64,000 bases of DNA, taken from NCBI RefSeq assembly GCF_006345805.1, contig NC_043004.1, positions 32,054,001 to 32,118,000 on the forward strand, written 5' to 3'. The notes under the pieces were generated by a model, which saw nothing but the letters and a program-made list of their open reading frames with translations, did not search any database and was not told the origin of the DNA. The number at the start of each line of letters is the position of its first letter. Positions within the stretch are counted from its first letter, which is position 1. Positions 39,723 to 52,504 of the stretch are shown in pieces. The position numbers and the translations under genes were made by a program. The stretch is from Octopus sinensis. Its lineage: Eukaryota.

Positions 39723-41525
39723 TATAATAAAGTGTTTATTAAAATTTAATAAATATAAGAATAAAGTGTTTATTTTATTTATTATTTTTATTTTCCCTTT
39801 TATTTGAAAGATTCCAGATATGTAATGTGGTGCCTCAAATCAGGTGACGCTCCTTGCGAACTTTCAACCGACCCTGATTATACCTACAGACATGGAAATA
39901 TGCTAATATTATCATTAATATACAGGCTAGACGTCACAATCCGGATGTACATTTCCGTTTGCTTTGTAAGAACACGCGACTGGCTGCTCATAGTTTACAA
40001 AAGCAACCTGTAGCTAATCTTACAAGTCGCAATATACATTTACCTGTCTGTACATAAACTACATATACCAACATATCCGTGTTCGTGTCCTGTATAGTTA
40101 AAGGAAGAGAAAAGAAAATTGTCATTCATTTGCACGTTCTTATATTTCCTCATGTAAAAATTCGTCACGGCTTTATCAAAAGACCATCTTGTAAAAACAT
40201 AACAGGAATTATATAGGAGAAGAATAAAGTGAATGTGAGTTTATAACAATGTATAAGTTCACTCAGATTTACACAAACAATGCGGCCATTTTCTAGTTGG
40301 TAAAGAACAACTTGGCCCAAATAAATGTATCCTTTTACATATACACAATCACTCTATTCAAATATAAATATTGTTGACCTAATTGTCAACAATATTTGTT
40401 TCTGCAAAGTGTAAGTGGTTTTTTTTAATTACTCGTTTGTATTTCAGAACAGACTTGCTTAGTATGTAATTGGTTATTTATATCATACCCAATATTGTCT
40501 TTTGTTGTTGAATTGCTTTATAAAACAACCTTTTTACATTAGAAGTGTGTTGAGTCTATTGGATGTGTCGGGGGGAACAATGATTATAAATTCCTGCCTA
40601 AACGTTTCGTGCAGATTCCTTTGTCCAACTGTGTTTACCTGTAGGTTGAGAGGAATAACGGTTTACGGCTGAAAGTTTCAAACTTCACCTGATATCATGG
40701 GTCACATGACCCATGACCTTATATGTTTTCACATCACATGCATCAGGCAGTTCTTCCTTAAGTTTATGGGAAGGAAATAAGGCATGTGACAGGATGGTCT
40801 CCTTTCTCGCCTCCAAAAATATAAAAATAGCAGTGTATTAGAGACTTGAAAATTTTTTTAGTTGTGTGTAGATAAAAAAGAAATATATCGAGAGGAAGAT
40901 TGAGTGGGAGTGAGTAAATAAATACGAGTGTCAGCGGCTTTAATGCTAGCCCTATGCTAGTAAGAGTTAGGTACTTCATGTTGCAAACTCCTCATATTTG
41001 TAGGATCTAGTCCACATAGGCTGATAGCGTCCAACGCCTGATATAATGAACATATGACTGATCTTTGTTTCTTCATTTGTCTATTAGCTGTCTGTCGCTC
41101 TCTGACTCAACCGTAAATTCGATCTATTTTATGTAGCTCCAAAATAAATAATATATATTTTTATGTACTGATTTAACCTACTTTGATATAAAATTCTGCT
41201 AATCTTTAAGTAGAGCAGTCGTATAAGACAACCATTTCGGAGTTTTCTAAGCACTCCATACAGCTTATCCTACCCTCTGACATTGAAATTTATTTGACAC
41301 CATGTGCATCCAGCCATTTGAACACATACAAAAGTCTAGCATGTCTGTATAGTTTTTTGTAAGGTAAATGACTTCAAAGTACTTATATATATAACCAGAA
41401 AAAATAAGGTTAAAAGAACATGAGAACAAGGTTAAAATCAAATAATTTTTATGATAAAAAAAATGCCTGAGTCATCACCATGACTAAGGCATTTTTTTTT
41501 ATCATAAAAATTATTTCATTTTAAC

Positions 41526-41576
<51 letters not shown>

Positions 41577-41658
41577 CAAAGTAAAGTTGTAAGGTACCGC
41601 ACGAGTGAAAATATATATGAAAGAAGGTTTGAAAATGCAATTTTAAAGATGTTTATTG

Positions 41659-41700
41659 ACTTGACCGCTTTCACTTTTTTAGAAAAAGATTGTCAAAAGT
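41659..41700 (-). ncRNA. Degenerate minimal type I hammerhead, U3-A8 core variant
   Basis: Minus strand reads ACUU UUGACAA UCUUUUUCUAAAAAAGU GAAA GCGG UC AAGU. Stem III is one change from the palindrome ACCGGU. Confidence 0.45.
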
Positions 41701-42768
41701 AAAATGTAAAGCTTTGTATAAACTTTGTTGTGTCAAGTACTGGTTGTCACAAAATACATATATACATTCTTTGATAATAAGAAAATGTTAAAAACAGTTT
41801 ACAAGAAAATATTCAAGAAAGTATTCAGAACGGGACTATAATAAGTATTATGAGTTCAATAAAAATCATGTTTGTTTGGTAGTATATATATGTATATAAA
41901 CAGGAGATATATTTAAGAATTTACAAAACATTGGAGAGGAATTACTGACCTGTCTTGTCTGACATTTTCTGTCTTGTGTGTGGCTAAGGAATGTTTACTA
42001 TTTTAAGGGATACTGTAGGTGGTTGGCTGGGGGAAGGAAGAGCAATGTGGAATCAAAAAAATTTTTTTTGTTTCTGGGCTAGTCTGTCATGGTTCAGTGG
42101 TTTGGGGGCATTTTTAAACCTTCTTTCATACATACATGCATAATACATACATGCATACATACATACATACATATATACATACATACATACATACATACAT
42201 ACATACATACATACATACATACATACATGCATACATACATACATGCATACATGCATGCATACATACATGCCCTTGATATCTTGTGTGCGATGAATATTAA
42301 CAGGACTGACAAAATTTTAAACTATTGTCGATAATATAATGGTCAAATTTATGTGATTCCACGCCTTTGTCATATCTTCCTTATCTAGTCTTATTTTTTT
42401 TTATTAATCTGTCTTTAACTATTTGTGTGTGCGTATGTGGCGGGGACTATGTCAACGAATGTTGTCGATGGTCGATTGACTTGTTTCCAACGGTTGCTTT
42501 GGGCTGCGAATTATTTTCGTTTTTTTTTTTTATCATTGACTAATTGACCTTTTAGGATATGTCAACATTTAACATTCAAAAGGAATCTGTTTTGAAAGAA
42601 AATTTTTACAAATCTATCTTCAATTTTTCAGTAATTGGATTGCAGTCACGCTGGGGCACGCACTTCGAAGGGTTTAGTTTGATCCATCGATCGATTGATC
42701 GATGTGTCGTTATGCATGCATGCATGCATACATACATACATACATACATACATACATACATACATACA

Positions 42769-42796
<28 letters not shown>

Positions 42797-42799
<3 letters not shown>

Positions 42800-44055
42800 G
42801 CAGTGAATTGTCGTCAAAATTATGCAAAAAATGAAAATAACACTAACATCTCATTTTAACAAATATATTTACCAAAATTACATAAAAATATAGAGAAAAA
42901 TTTATTCAATAAAATCGCCATTGACTCCAGACGACTTAGAAATCTCCTGCAACTCTTCTGGACGGTTTCCTTGTTTAAATTGGTGAATGCTGCCATAATC
43001 CTTGCCTTCAGTTCATCTTTGGTGTTACAAGAAGTTTTTATGGTCTCTCTCTCAACTGCGCCCCACACATTTTAATCAAGGAGGGTTGCAGTTTAGGAAG
43101 TTAGGTGGCCAAATGTTATGAATGATGTGGACGCAGACATTGTCTGACAGCCATGACTGGGTTCCCCTGCTTGTGTGGCATGGTGCAGAGTTCTGTTACC
43201 AGACATAGAGTCTTCCATCAGCCACCCTTTTGACTCAGGACAGCACTACTTCCTCCAGGCACTTGATATAGGCCTCCGTGTTGAGTTTGAGGCCGTGTGG
43301 GAAGATGAACGGAGGCATAACGTCGCCATTACTGGTGATCACTTCAAACACCATGATGTTGACTGGAAGCTTGATTTTGTTCACTCTCGTTACATGTTTT
43401 GGGGACTCGGCAAGCCAATGGTTGTTCTGTGTGTTCATCATCTGATCCTGGCAGGAATTTTTCTCGTCTGAGAAAAACCAAAGTATGTTTAGTTGCAGGG
43501 GGTGCTTGAGCTTGTTCAAAAGCTCCGTAGCGCGGTCTTTCCTCTTGTCCTTGATAGCTTGGGATAAAAATTGGCCCTTTCACATCTTGCATGAGGAATT
43601 CCGAATGTCTTCATGCACTGCCTGCCTAATAAGAAACTCAGACACTCCTATGTCCCTAGTGATGGATCTGATTGACTTGGAGGGATCGTTGTCAATCTCA
43701 TCAACAAATTCAGGAGTTCTTTTCTCATCAGAACGACCAGAGTGAGTTTTCCGAGCTGCTCTACTTCCGTAATCACCATGAGACTGGTTCAACTCTTTCT
43801 GAATCGTCTGCACTGTCCTCAGATTGACACCCAAACACTCTGAAATTTTCGTATTGGAGTTTCCGACGCGAATGCCAAGCAGCACAGCATATCGTTTCCA
43901 AATTTCTGGCAGAGTCAATTGCGTCATGGTGTTATTTTTCTCACGACGGTGCCCAATTGACCCTACTATACTGTGTAGTCGACAAAATCAAAAGCAATGT
44001 GTCTACATAAAATTAAAAATATAAAATGGCGACAATTTACCCATCGCACCCTGTA
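42797..44055 (-). mobile_element. Tc1/mariner (maT/DD37D-like) transposon with pseudogenised transposase
   Basis: TIR TACAGGGTGCGATGGGTAAATTGTCGCC at the right end and a degraded left copy. HTH N-terminus (43927), then FFSDEKN, W*QNSAPCH and WPPNFLNCNP across frameshifts. Confidence 0.92.
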
Positions 44056-44109
44056 TACTTACATACATACATACATACATACATATGTGCGCGCGCGCGT
44101 GTGTATGCG

Positions 44110-44278
44110 GCATACATAGGCTTCTTTCAGTTTCCGTGTACCAAATCCACTTGCAAAACTTTGGTCGGCTCGGGGCTATAACAGTAGACACTTGTCCAAG
44201 GTACCACGCAGTGGGACTGAACCCAGAACCATGAGGTTGAGAAACAAACTTCTTAATACACAACTTTGCCTGCACCTA
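44110..44278 (-). mobile_element. SINE family B 5' part
   Basis: Reverse complement of GGGTTCAGTCCCACTGCGTGGTACCTTGG...GAAACTGAAAGAAGCC. Confidence 0.85.
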
Positions 44279-44532
44279 TTAAAAAACCGCCGTATCGTTG
44301 ACTACAAATTTGTTTACAAATTTCGTTTCCAAGCTTTGTCCACTATAAATCTCGTATAAAAGGAAATTATTTTGTTTGTGCATCAGAGGGGAATTCACGG
44401 TATGCGGTCTACATTTTGATTTTCTCTCTTGAGCTTCTTTATAAGACTACACATATGTATTGTTTAATGTTGTGTGTATACGTATATGTACAATGAATGC
44501 ATATCGTGTGTGTGTGTGTATGTGTGTGTGTG

Positions 44533-44570
<38 letters not shown>

Positions 44571-44765
44571 CGTTACATCATTAACCTAACCTACGCATCA
44601 AAGTTAAGGATATAACGTGGAGTAAGTTATGAAACAGCTGTAACCGTACAAAAATATTGACGCTTCTTTTGCCTTTGCCACTTTAACAGCTCTTGTTTTT
44701 TTTTTGCTGATACACACACACACACACACACAATGTGAATAGGTACTTATACACACGTGTGCAAA

Positions 44766-44835
<70 letters not shown>

Positions 44836-44849
44836 ATATATATATATAT

Positions 44850-44880
<31 letters not shown>

Positions 44881-44904
44881 ATATATATACATATATATAT
44901 ATAC

Positions 44905-44943
<39 letters not shown>

Positions 44944-45462
44944 CATATATACGCATATACATACGCACTTATATTTGAAGGGAACTGTAAAAAAAATAAT
45001 GAAAATATATAAAGAATTCAAGTGTTTAATAATGGACCATTTTTGGTATCACTGAAATTTTAACTAGATTGAATTTTATAAAGACACCTTTGCTTTTTTA
45101 ATTTTTAAGTTTTAAAAGAACTTTTAATATAGCTTATTCCTTATTAACAGTATTAATTTCGAAATGGTTTCTTGAATTTTGTGAAAGCTGGTGATGGTCT
45201 GAGTAAGAAAAAATCAGTTAATAGATACATAAGAACAATGAGAAAGTTTATTTTCTATGAAGAGCGTAGAATGTAAGGCTCCTTCGCTCTTGTTCTCTGT
45301 GTGAGAGAGAGAGAAAGTTGAAGGGTTAATCTGGAAGAGAAAGGGCTAGCTACATAAGAGAAATGGAGTAAGAGGTTGAGAAACCAAGTAGAATTAGGAA
45401 GTTGAACAGAAAGTTAGGTCGGTACACTACCTCAGTGGATTACGCGTTGACAGATCGAAATA

Positions 45463-46410
45463 CAGGGATCCCTCGCTTTACGGACACAATGCGTTCCAGA
45501 AAATCTGATCGTAATGCGGAATTCTGTAATGCGAAGTTAATTTTCCTATTCATTTTATTATTATCACGTGAGATTACCTTCCCACGGCAAAAACAGAGAA
45601 AAGAACAAGAAAACAAAGAACAAGTAACACGATCACCTTTATACATGAAAATAACTAGTTCTAAATATACATGATGCAATATAGATACATGAAAACAAAA
45701 ACAATTCAAGAGGAATAAGAGAATTAATAAATATCATAATATCTTCTTATATAATATGACTAGAAATGACCTTGGTCCATTGGCTAGAGTAAAGAAGTTT
45801 ATTGCCAAAAAGGTCATCTAAGCACGCTGGATGGCTCAGTGCGTTGTTTAAAAATAGTAATGCTTTGTTGGAAATATGTCTGGTACTGTATGTTTCTACG
45901 GCGGGACAAAAAGCGTTCGTAAACCATTCTTTGAAAAGGCTCTTACTCATCTATGCCTTCTCATTTGAATGTACAATCAGAGGCAGGTTAAACTGAGTAA
46001 CCCTTGAAAGCTCTCAAATTTTCGGAATGATACACGTGTAGGGGCTTTAATTTCAAACCACCAGCAACATTTCCTCCCAAAAGAAGTGTCAGACGATTTT
46101 CGGAAGCTTTAAATACTGGTATTGATTTCTCTTCTCGTGAAATAAAAGTTTTAGCAAGCATGTGATTCCTGAAAAGAGCAGTTTCATCAACATTGTATAC
46201 TTGATTTGATGTGTAGCACCCTTCAGCGATCATTTTGTTTTTTCAACTACCCAGGATAATTACAAGCAAGATCTGTATCAGCGCTTGCAGTTTCACTAGT
46301 CATTTTTATGTTGTGCAAATTCATGCCCTTCTTAAACCTTTCAAACCAGCCTTTACTAGCCAAAAAGGGTTTTCATTAGAAGTTTCAGCTTCTTTTTTCA
46401 GCAAACCATC
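45463..46410 (-). mobile_element. Tigger/pogo-like DNA transposon fragment
   Basis: QVYNVDETAL...RLTLLLGGNVAG.LKLKPL...FKEWF...KALLFLNNALSHP; TA-CAGGGATCCCTCG terminal repeat at 45461. Confidence 0.92.
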
Positions 46411-46454
46411 ATATAAACTTTAATACATACATACATATATATATATATATTATA

Positions 46455-46537
<83 letters not shown>

Positions 46538-48639
46538 CTGTGTGTCCGTCTTTGTATCGTCTATCTGTCCGAATATGTTATTTATGTGTGAATGGGGGTG
46601 GGGTAAAGAGAACGAGAATGTGTCCTCGATATGTGTAGCGATTGTCTTTCTCGTGCTGTTGAAAATACTAATAATAACAAATATGTAAATGTCTTCAATG
46701 GTGTGTTTTGAATTTATTACACTAAAAAACTGAAAATGTTGATTCACATAAGTACGTGGATGGAAATGGTAGAAGAATTGCCATTGGTAATTCAGATACT
46801 ATTTGGAATTCTGATTTCACATTCAGTCAAAAAACATTAAAGTTAATTTTTAAAAATTTATGCTACAGTGGTATGATGACTCTGGAAATTTTTCTTGAAC
46901 CTTCAAGATGTTAATTTGCTCCATTACTACATTGAATGGGATTTGGACACACACAATCTGATTTACAATTGTCTATAGTTGATAGAAACTATTTTATCTG
47001 CTTAATCGAATCAAAATCAAACTTTTTTTTTTACATCTATGCATGGAAACATTCCAAATTTATCATTCAATACTGCATTCCTTTTTTTTTTTTCTGAACG
47101 CTTACGTTTTGCCTTTCAAAGTAAAAACATATTTTCTCTTACAAGAGAAATGTTAACTTTAAGATTCTCAAATATGTCTAACAAATAATATAATTTGCAA
47201 AGTCAGTTCCTATCATGAGAGAATTCTGAAATTTGAGTTCTTTTCGGATGAAAACAACATTAGTACGTTTGTTAAGTCTCTTAGCTATATCAAAGCTCAT
47301 CCGTTTGGCAGCCATCGCACGACTGTTTGCAGGGAAACTTTGTTAGACTAGAATTCCATTTAATTGCAGAGGTTTTTAAACATAGCTTTTCAAAGCGTAG
47401 CTATTAATGAAAGTAATCGTTTTAACTGCATTTTGTATTGCTGCACTTAGATTTGAAGAATTTTAAAAATCACCAATGTTTTTGCCATGAATTATGCAAG
47501 GAGTGGATATAATTAATAAGTGCATTAGTTCCGGGTTTAACTTTATCGTGCAATTTTACGTTTCTTCCTGTCATTGATTCTGCGCCGAAACATCTAAAAA
47601 TGCATTTATTCCATTTCAGATCTACATCCTTAAGAAAATAGTCCACTTCGATGCAAACCTCTTCACATATTGCACATCAGTCTTATGATTGATAAATCAC
47701 CAAATCTTCGATAATGCTGTTTTCATACGAAAACAGCGTGTACGAGGAATCACTATTTCATACTACATATACCTATAGTTGAATGGCGTTTGTAAATGTT
47801 GGCCGATTCCATCTTAATCACAAATTTATTACATCCTTCAAGTTCTTCAATTATGTTGCTGAAATTGGCTATTGATAATTTCGGGAATTCTTTTGCATGC
47901 TTTATCATTTGCCATTGGAATTGTTTCCGTTTCGTTCACATAAAGTCTTCCCATGAATAATTTCTGGGAATCTAGTAACACAGTTCTTCGTCAATCATGT
48001 ACGATTTATTAGCTTTTGTAATTCAGCATGAGGTTTTGTATGGCACTCAAAAGTAGAATTTTCCTCGAACTAACGAGATGATATTAATCTTTTAGAAAAC
48101 GACAAACATTTGCTGAATAGGAAACACATCCAGTTTTAAAATGTTCCTAAATTAGCAGACTTCGTACTTTCACTCGCCAAATATTCATTGCAAATAATGT
48201 AATTAAGTGATTAAGGACGGAGTTTTTCATGCTTCAGTGCAAAAATTAAATCCAGGTAGTAAAAATGGTTTTTAGAATTACTGCTTTTTTGTGTAGAATT
48301 TTTCAGCTTCTACACTTTTCCTTACTTTCTATAGGAATTTTTACTTTTCTGCTGTGTTCTTCTATAATTTATTTTTACCATTTATTCATAGAGAAATATT
48401 TTCAATTTTTTGTAATAAAAACCTGACAAATATTTTGAAGCTAACTCTAAGAAAATTAATAACTGATGTAAATTTGTCTAGCTGAATTTGTATTTATAAG
48501 TATATTATTATTTTAAACTGCTCCATGAGACATAAATTTACGCAAGCTTTTTTATGGAAATCTAGCTCATTCGGTCTTAGAAAACCGAATGGAAAAGTAC
48601 AGGAAGTCCAAGATTGCTACTGGAAACTAGGCTGTTATT

Positions 48640-48804
48640 GGTCAAAGCTGGTCACATGGTGTTTATAGAAGTGAGTTCAGCGTTTCAGCAACACGAGTTT
48701 CATTAGAAAGGGGAGTTCTGTGGCACCTTGGTGTCTGGTTGACCTTTGAAGGGTGTGACTGAAACATGGCTACTTGTGGGTGCTCGCGTGCGCGAATATA
48801 TAGC
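48640..48804 (-). promoter_or_regulatory. TATA-led unit, paralogous to 49355-49548 and divergently oriented
   Basis: GCTATATATT-GC spacer...ACACCAAGGTGCCAC...GCTGAAA..GAACTCACTT...GCTTTGAC. Confidence 0.45.
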
Positions 48805-49354
48805 TGTGTCAGCTGTGTAGATCAGCTGCGCGCGCACGTATACGAAAACTTGTGCGTTAGCACCTACCTTATACTCATCCGTGCGCGAACATACGTAGGA
48901 TACATATTTTTGGGTGCGTGCAATAGATGATTGGTGAACGTGACTATGCACATTCATGTATTTATATGTGAACGAATGAATGTGTGCGTGTTTGTCTGGA
49001 AGGACACATATGTACACACATACACAACACACGCACACACACACACACACACATACACACGCACACGCACGCACACACACACACACGCACGCACGCAAGC
49101 TTTTGGTATTTATGTGTGCGTGCATACACTGATGTGTGCTAGTGCAGTCGCAACAGCATTGCTGGGGGAAATTGGCGTGGGACGGAGGTTTGGTGGTGTG
49201 TGGGAGAGAAAGAAAGAGAGAAATGTTCGTACATGAATGAGTGTGGGGTGCACGCGCACGCTCACGTTTAAGGGGCGAGGGCAGGTAGTTACAAAAGGAT
49301 CATTTAGTTCAACCATCCATATAACCTAGAAGTTTCTCCCCCCCCCGCAACGTA

Positions 49355-49548
49355 GCTATATATTTGTGCACGCGAGTGCCGACATATGGCCATATTTCTG
49401 TTTGTCCCTCCAAAGGCACACCAAACACCAAGGTGCCACCAGCTTCCTAACCAACCACGAGGTTCAAGGAATTCTTTTTTAATGTATCTGGTATCGCTGA
49501 AATGTCGAACTCACTTTTAGCAACACTATATTACCTGCTTTGACTAAG
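49355..49548 (+). promoter_or_regulatory. TATA-led unit, paralogous to 48640-48804
   Basis: Same ordered motifs on the plus strand; truncated by the Gypsy fragment. Confidence 0.45.
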
Positions 49549-49554
49549 GATTCA

Positions 49555-51130
49555 ATGATCCGTTTTTGCTAAATTGATACCGGGTGAAAATAGAAAAAAG
49601 GTGAACAAAAAAATACTCTAAAATTCTTCAAGTTAGGTAACAAAGTTTGTTTTTTTAAAACCTTTAGTTATAGTAAAAGAAAGCTATGAGAACGGTGTAA
49701 TTATTAAACAAATTGGAAGAATGTTATTCCTGGTAAAAGGGAAAATGTCGAACATAAATGACATATTAACCATCTTTAAAAAAGATTCACAGAAAAAAAC
49801 AGTCACGAGCAATGAAATCCCCAGAGAAGTATTGCACGATTTCTAGCAAACAACAATTCTGCGTTTGACATTCCAGACGGAGTGTTTGCATTAGGTGTTA
49901 CTCGGTACACGCTTAGAAATTGTTGAAGTGCAAGGTCATTCATATCTTCATTGTTTGCCTTTTTTATGACCCTCTTGAAAGTGTCATAAAACGCTTGTCC
50001 GTTTGACCTAGAATGATACGGCGGGGTGGTGACATGTTCGATAACGAGCATTTTACAAAATTTCCTGAACTCGTCTGAAGTAAATTGAGTCCCATTATCA
50101 GACTCAATGGTTTCAGGAATACCATATCTGGCGAAAAATTCGTGTAAAAGACTTACTGTCTTTTTACACTTATGCACTTCAGGCCACTTTGAAAAACTGT
50201 TCACTACAACAAGGTAATATGAACCCTTAAGTGGACCTGCGCAATCAACATGCAGTCTGGGCCATGGCATATCTGTTTTTGGGCCACGATTGCCATTTAG
50301 TGGTTGGTGCTTTTGCAGCTAGAGCACACCCTCGGCATACTTTCACTAGTTCTTCAATGTCATGGTCCATTGTTGGCCAATATGCATAAGGTCTCATTAA
50401 CGATTCCATTCTCGAAACCCTTGGGTGATCAATGTGAAATTCCTTCAGTAATCGCTTTTGTAGTGTGGCTGGCACTACGACTCTTTGTGCGTACATCAAC
50501 ACACCGTCACACATTGAGAATGGGTTCGCATTTGTATTGCGCAAATTTTTATCTCTTTTAGTCTTCAGCATTTCTTGCAATTTTTTAATGAATTTGTCGT
50601 TTTCCGATTTTAATTTTGTCCTGTTATGTGACTGTCAGTTCACATACGACGTTACACAAGATATTTTAATTTCATTTTCCGCTCGCAACACAGCAATCAC
50701 AGTGTCTTCAAATGGTTCAGTATTTTTAAAATCGGTCTTGATAAACAATCAGCGGGTCCTAATTTCTTAAATGTTATATACTCCTTCTTGAAATCATAGT
50801 TTAATAATATCGTACCACAGCATTGCAACCCATTAGCAGTATGGGTAAGGATTCATTTCTTCAGCCCATATATAGTTAATAACGGACGATGATCAGTCTG
50901 TAGTCGAAAACTTCTACCGTGTAAAAATCTATGAAATTTTTTTACGGCAAAAGCAATCGCTAGAGCCTCTTTTCCGATTTGGCTGTAATTTTTTCCTGCT
51001 GATATCAGAGAACGTGAGGCATGAACCACTGCTTTCATGTTACCATCTTTATATTTATGCAGCATTACTCAGAGGCATCTGAAGCTACAACAATCCCCAC
51101 CGCAAGATCGAAGTGTGCTAACGACAAATC
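49555..51130 (-). mobile_element. Gypsy/Ty3 (Mag/K02A2.6-like) pol remnant: RNase H and integrase, with the C-terminal piece 49555-49800 inverted
   Basis: ASDAS, HASRSL..NYSQIGKEALA, TDHRPL; HHCC zinc finger; PWPRLHVD, ESDNGTQF, YHSRSNGQA. Confidence 0.95.
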
Positions 51131-51150
51131 AGATGGTACTCTTATGCATA

Positions 51151-51838
51151 TCTGTATATATATAAGGCAGGATGTGTGCGTGTGTGTGTGTGAGTGCGCG
51201 CGCGTGTGTGTACGTGAATGTAGTTTATGCACATCTACAAATTAGCACGCATGTCGCTCAAATTTTAGGAGGACATTCGTCACGATCCTAGCTGTATTTT
51301 CGTCAAATTATTTTCCCCCGAGGTACCCGCGAATAGCGGTAAATAATTTTGAGCCATAACTTCTAACAATTTTCACGGCGGAGAAATCCACCATTGTTTA
51401 CAAACCAAACATGAGTTAAGTCTCCTTCTAGCGACGGTATAAAGAGAGGGAGTGAGAGGGAGAGGGAGAGGGAGAGAGAGAGGGAGAGAGAGAGGGAGAG
51501 AGAGAGAGAGAGAGAGAGAGTGAGAGAGAGATAACAGATTTTCAAAATTTCGTCTTTTTACTGAGTGATTGATAGGCAAAACCAGACAGACAGGTGTTGT
51601 TATGTTTGTATGTATGTGTGAATGGCTTCAGTCACACACACACGCACACGCACACACACACACACACCACACACACACACACGAGCATGTATGCGTACAA
51701 AACACATGTATGCAATGTGTGTGTGTTTTGCCCGTATATTTATATACACAATATAAAAGATATTCTCCGTTTTTTCACAACTAATTTCCAAATTAGCCGA
51801 ATCCGTTGCTCTACTCATAGCGATATATATATGGCTAG
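51151..51838 (+). mobile_element. Non-autonomous Helitron
   Basis: A|TCTGTATATATAAGG 5' end with (GT)n; degenerate 3' hairpin followed by CTAG|T. Confidence 0.7.
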
Positions 51839-52504
51839 TCGTGCGTGAACATGGGAGAGAGCAGAGGTTACCAGAGCAAAAGACCTACGTGTTGACTGTA
51901 GACACGCTCCTTCGCAAACGATCAGCTATTATTTTGTAAACAATGTTTCGAAATTGTTCATGTTTTCGAAAGGAGAGATATGACTCTCACATCTCTGTGG
52001 GAGAAGGTATTCTCTATTCCTGTGACAAAACTTACGTCCGGGTGCCAAATTTGCTTCAATTGATGGTATTACTCGAGTAGGAGGTGGTGGTGGGACAGTG
52101 GCAGGGGCAAAGGCGTGCAAAAACATGTATGCAATAGGTGTATGAACGCATATGTTTGTGTGTGTGTATGTGTGTGTGTGTTGCCCATATATATATACTT
52201 AGTTGTGATCTGAACATAACCGCTTCTCACACAGAGGATCGGGGGCCCTTTTAAGCGTTCTATTTTCCTTGCTGGAAGGGTTCTCAACCCATAGGCAAAA
52301 TGGGGTTACATGATGGGAGTGGTGTTTTCAAAAGGGTCGGCATATGCAACCTGATCGCCTCTCCCGATCAAACTCCCAACCCATGTGCTCCCGTCGCGAC
52401 ACTGATTCTGCAGAACTGGGTTGGGTATGAAAACCAACTTTAAAGTATAAATATAGATGTTTTTGAATCAGCAATGTTCGGTTAAGTCCTATTTGGGTAC
52501 GTTA

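Noticed and set aside
40366-40397. 13-bp-arm palindrome AAATATTGTTGAC/GTCAACAATATTT
   Set aside because: Short, AT-rich and without context; not interpretable.
52334-52430. HDV-like ribozyme (GGGTCGGCAT matches the antigenomic HDV 5' end)
   Set aside because: Could not assemble P1, P1.1, P3 and the catalytic C in order.
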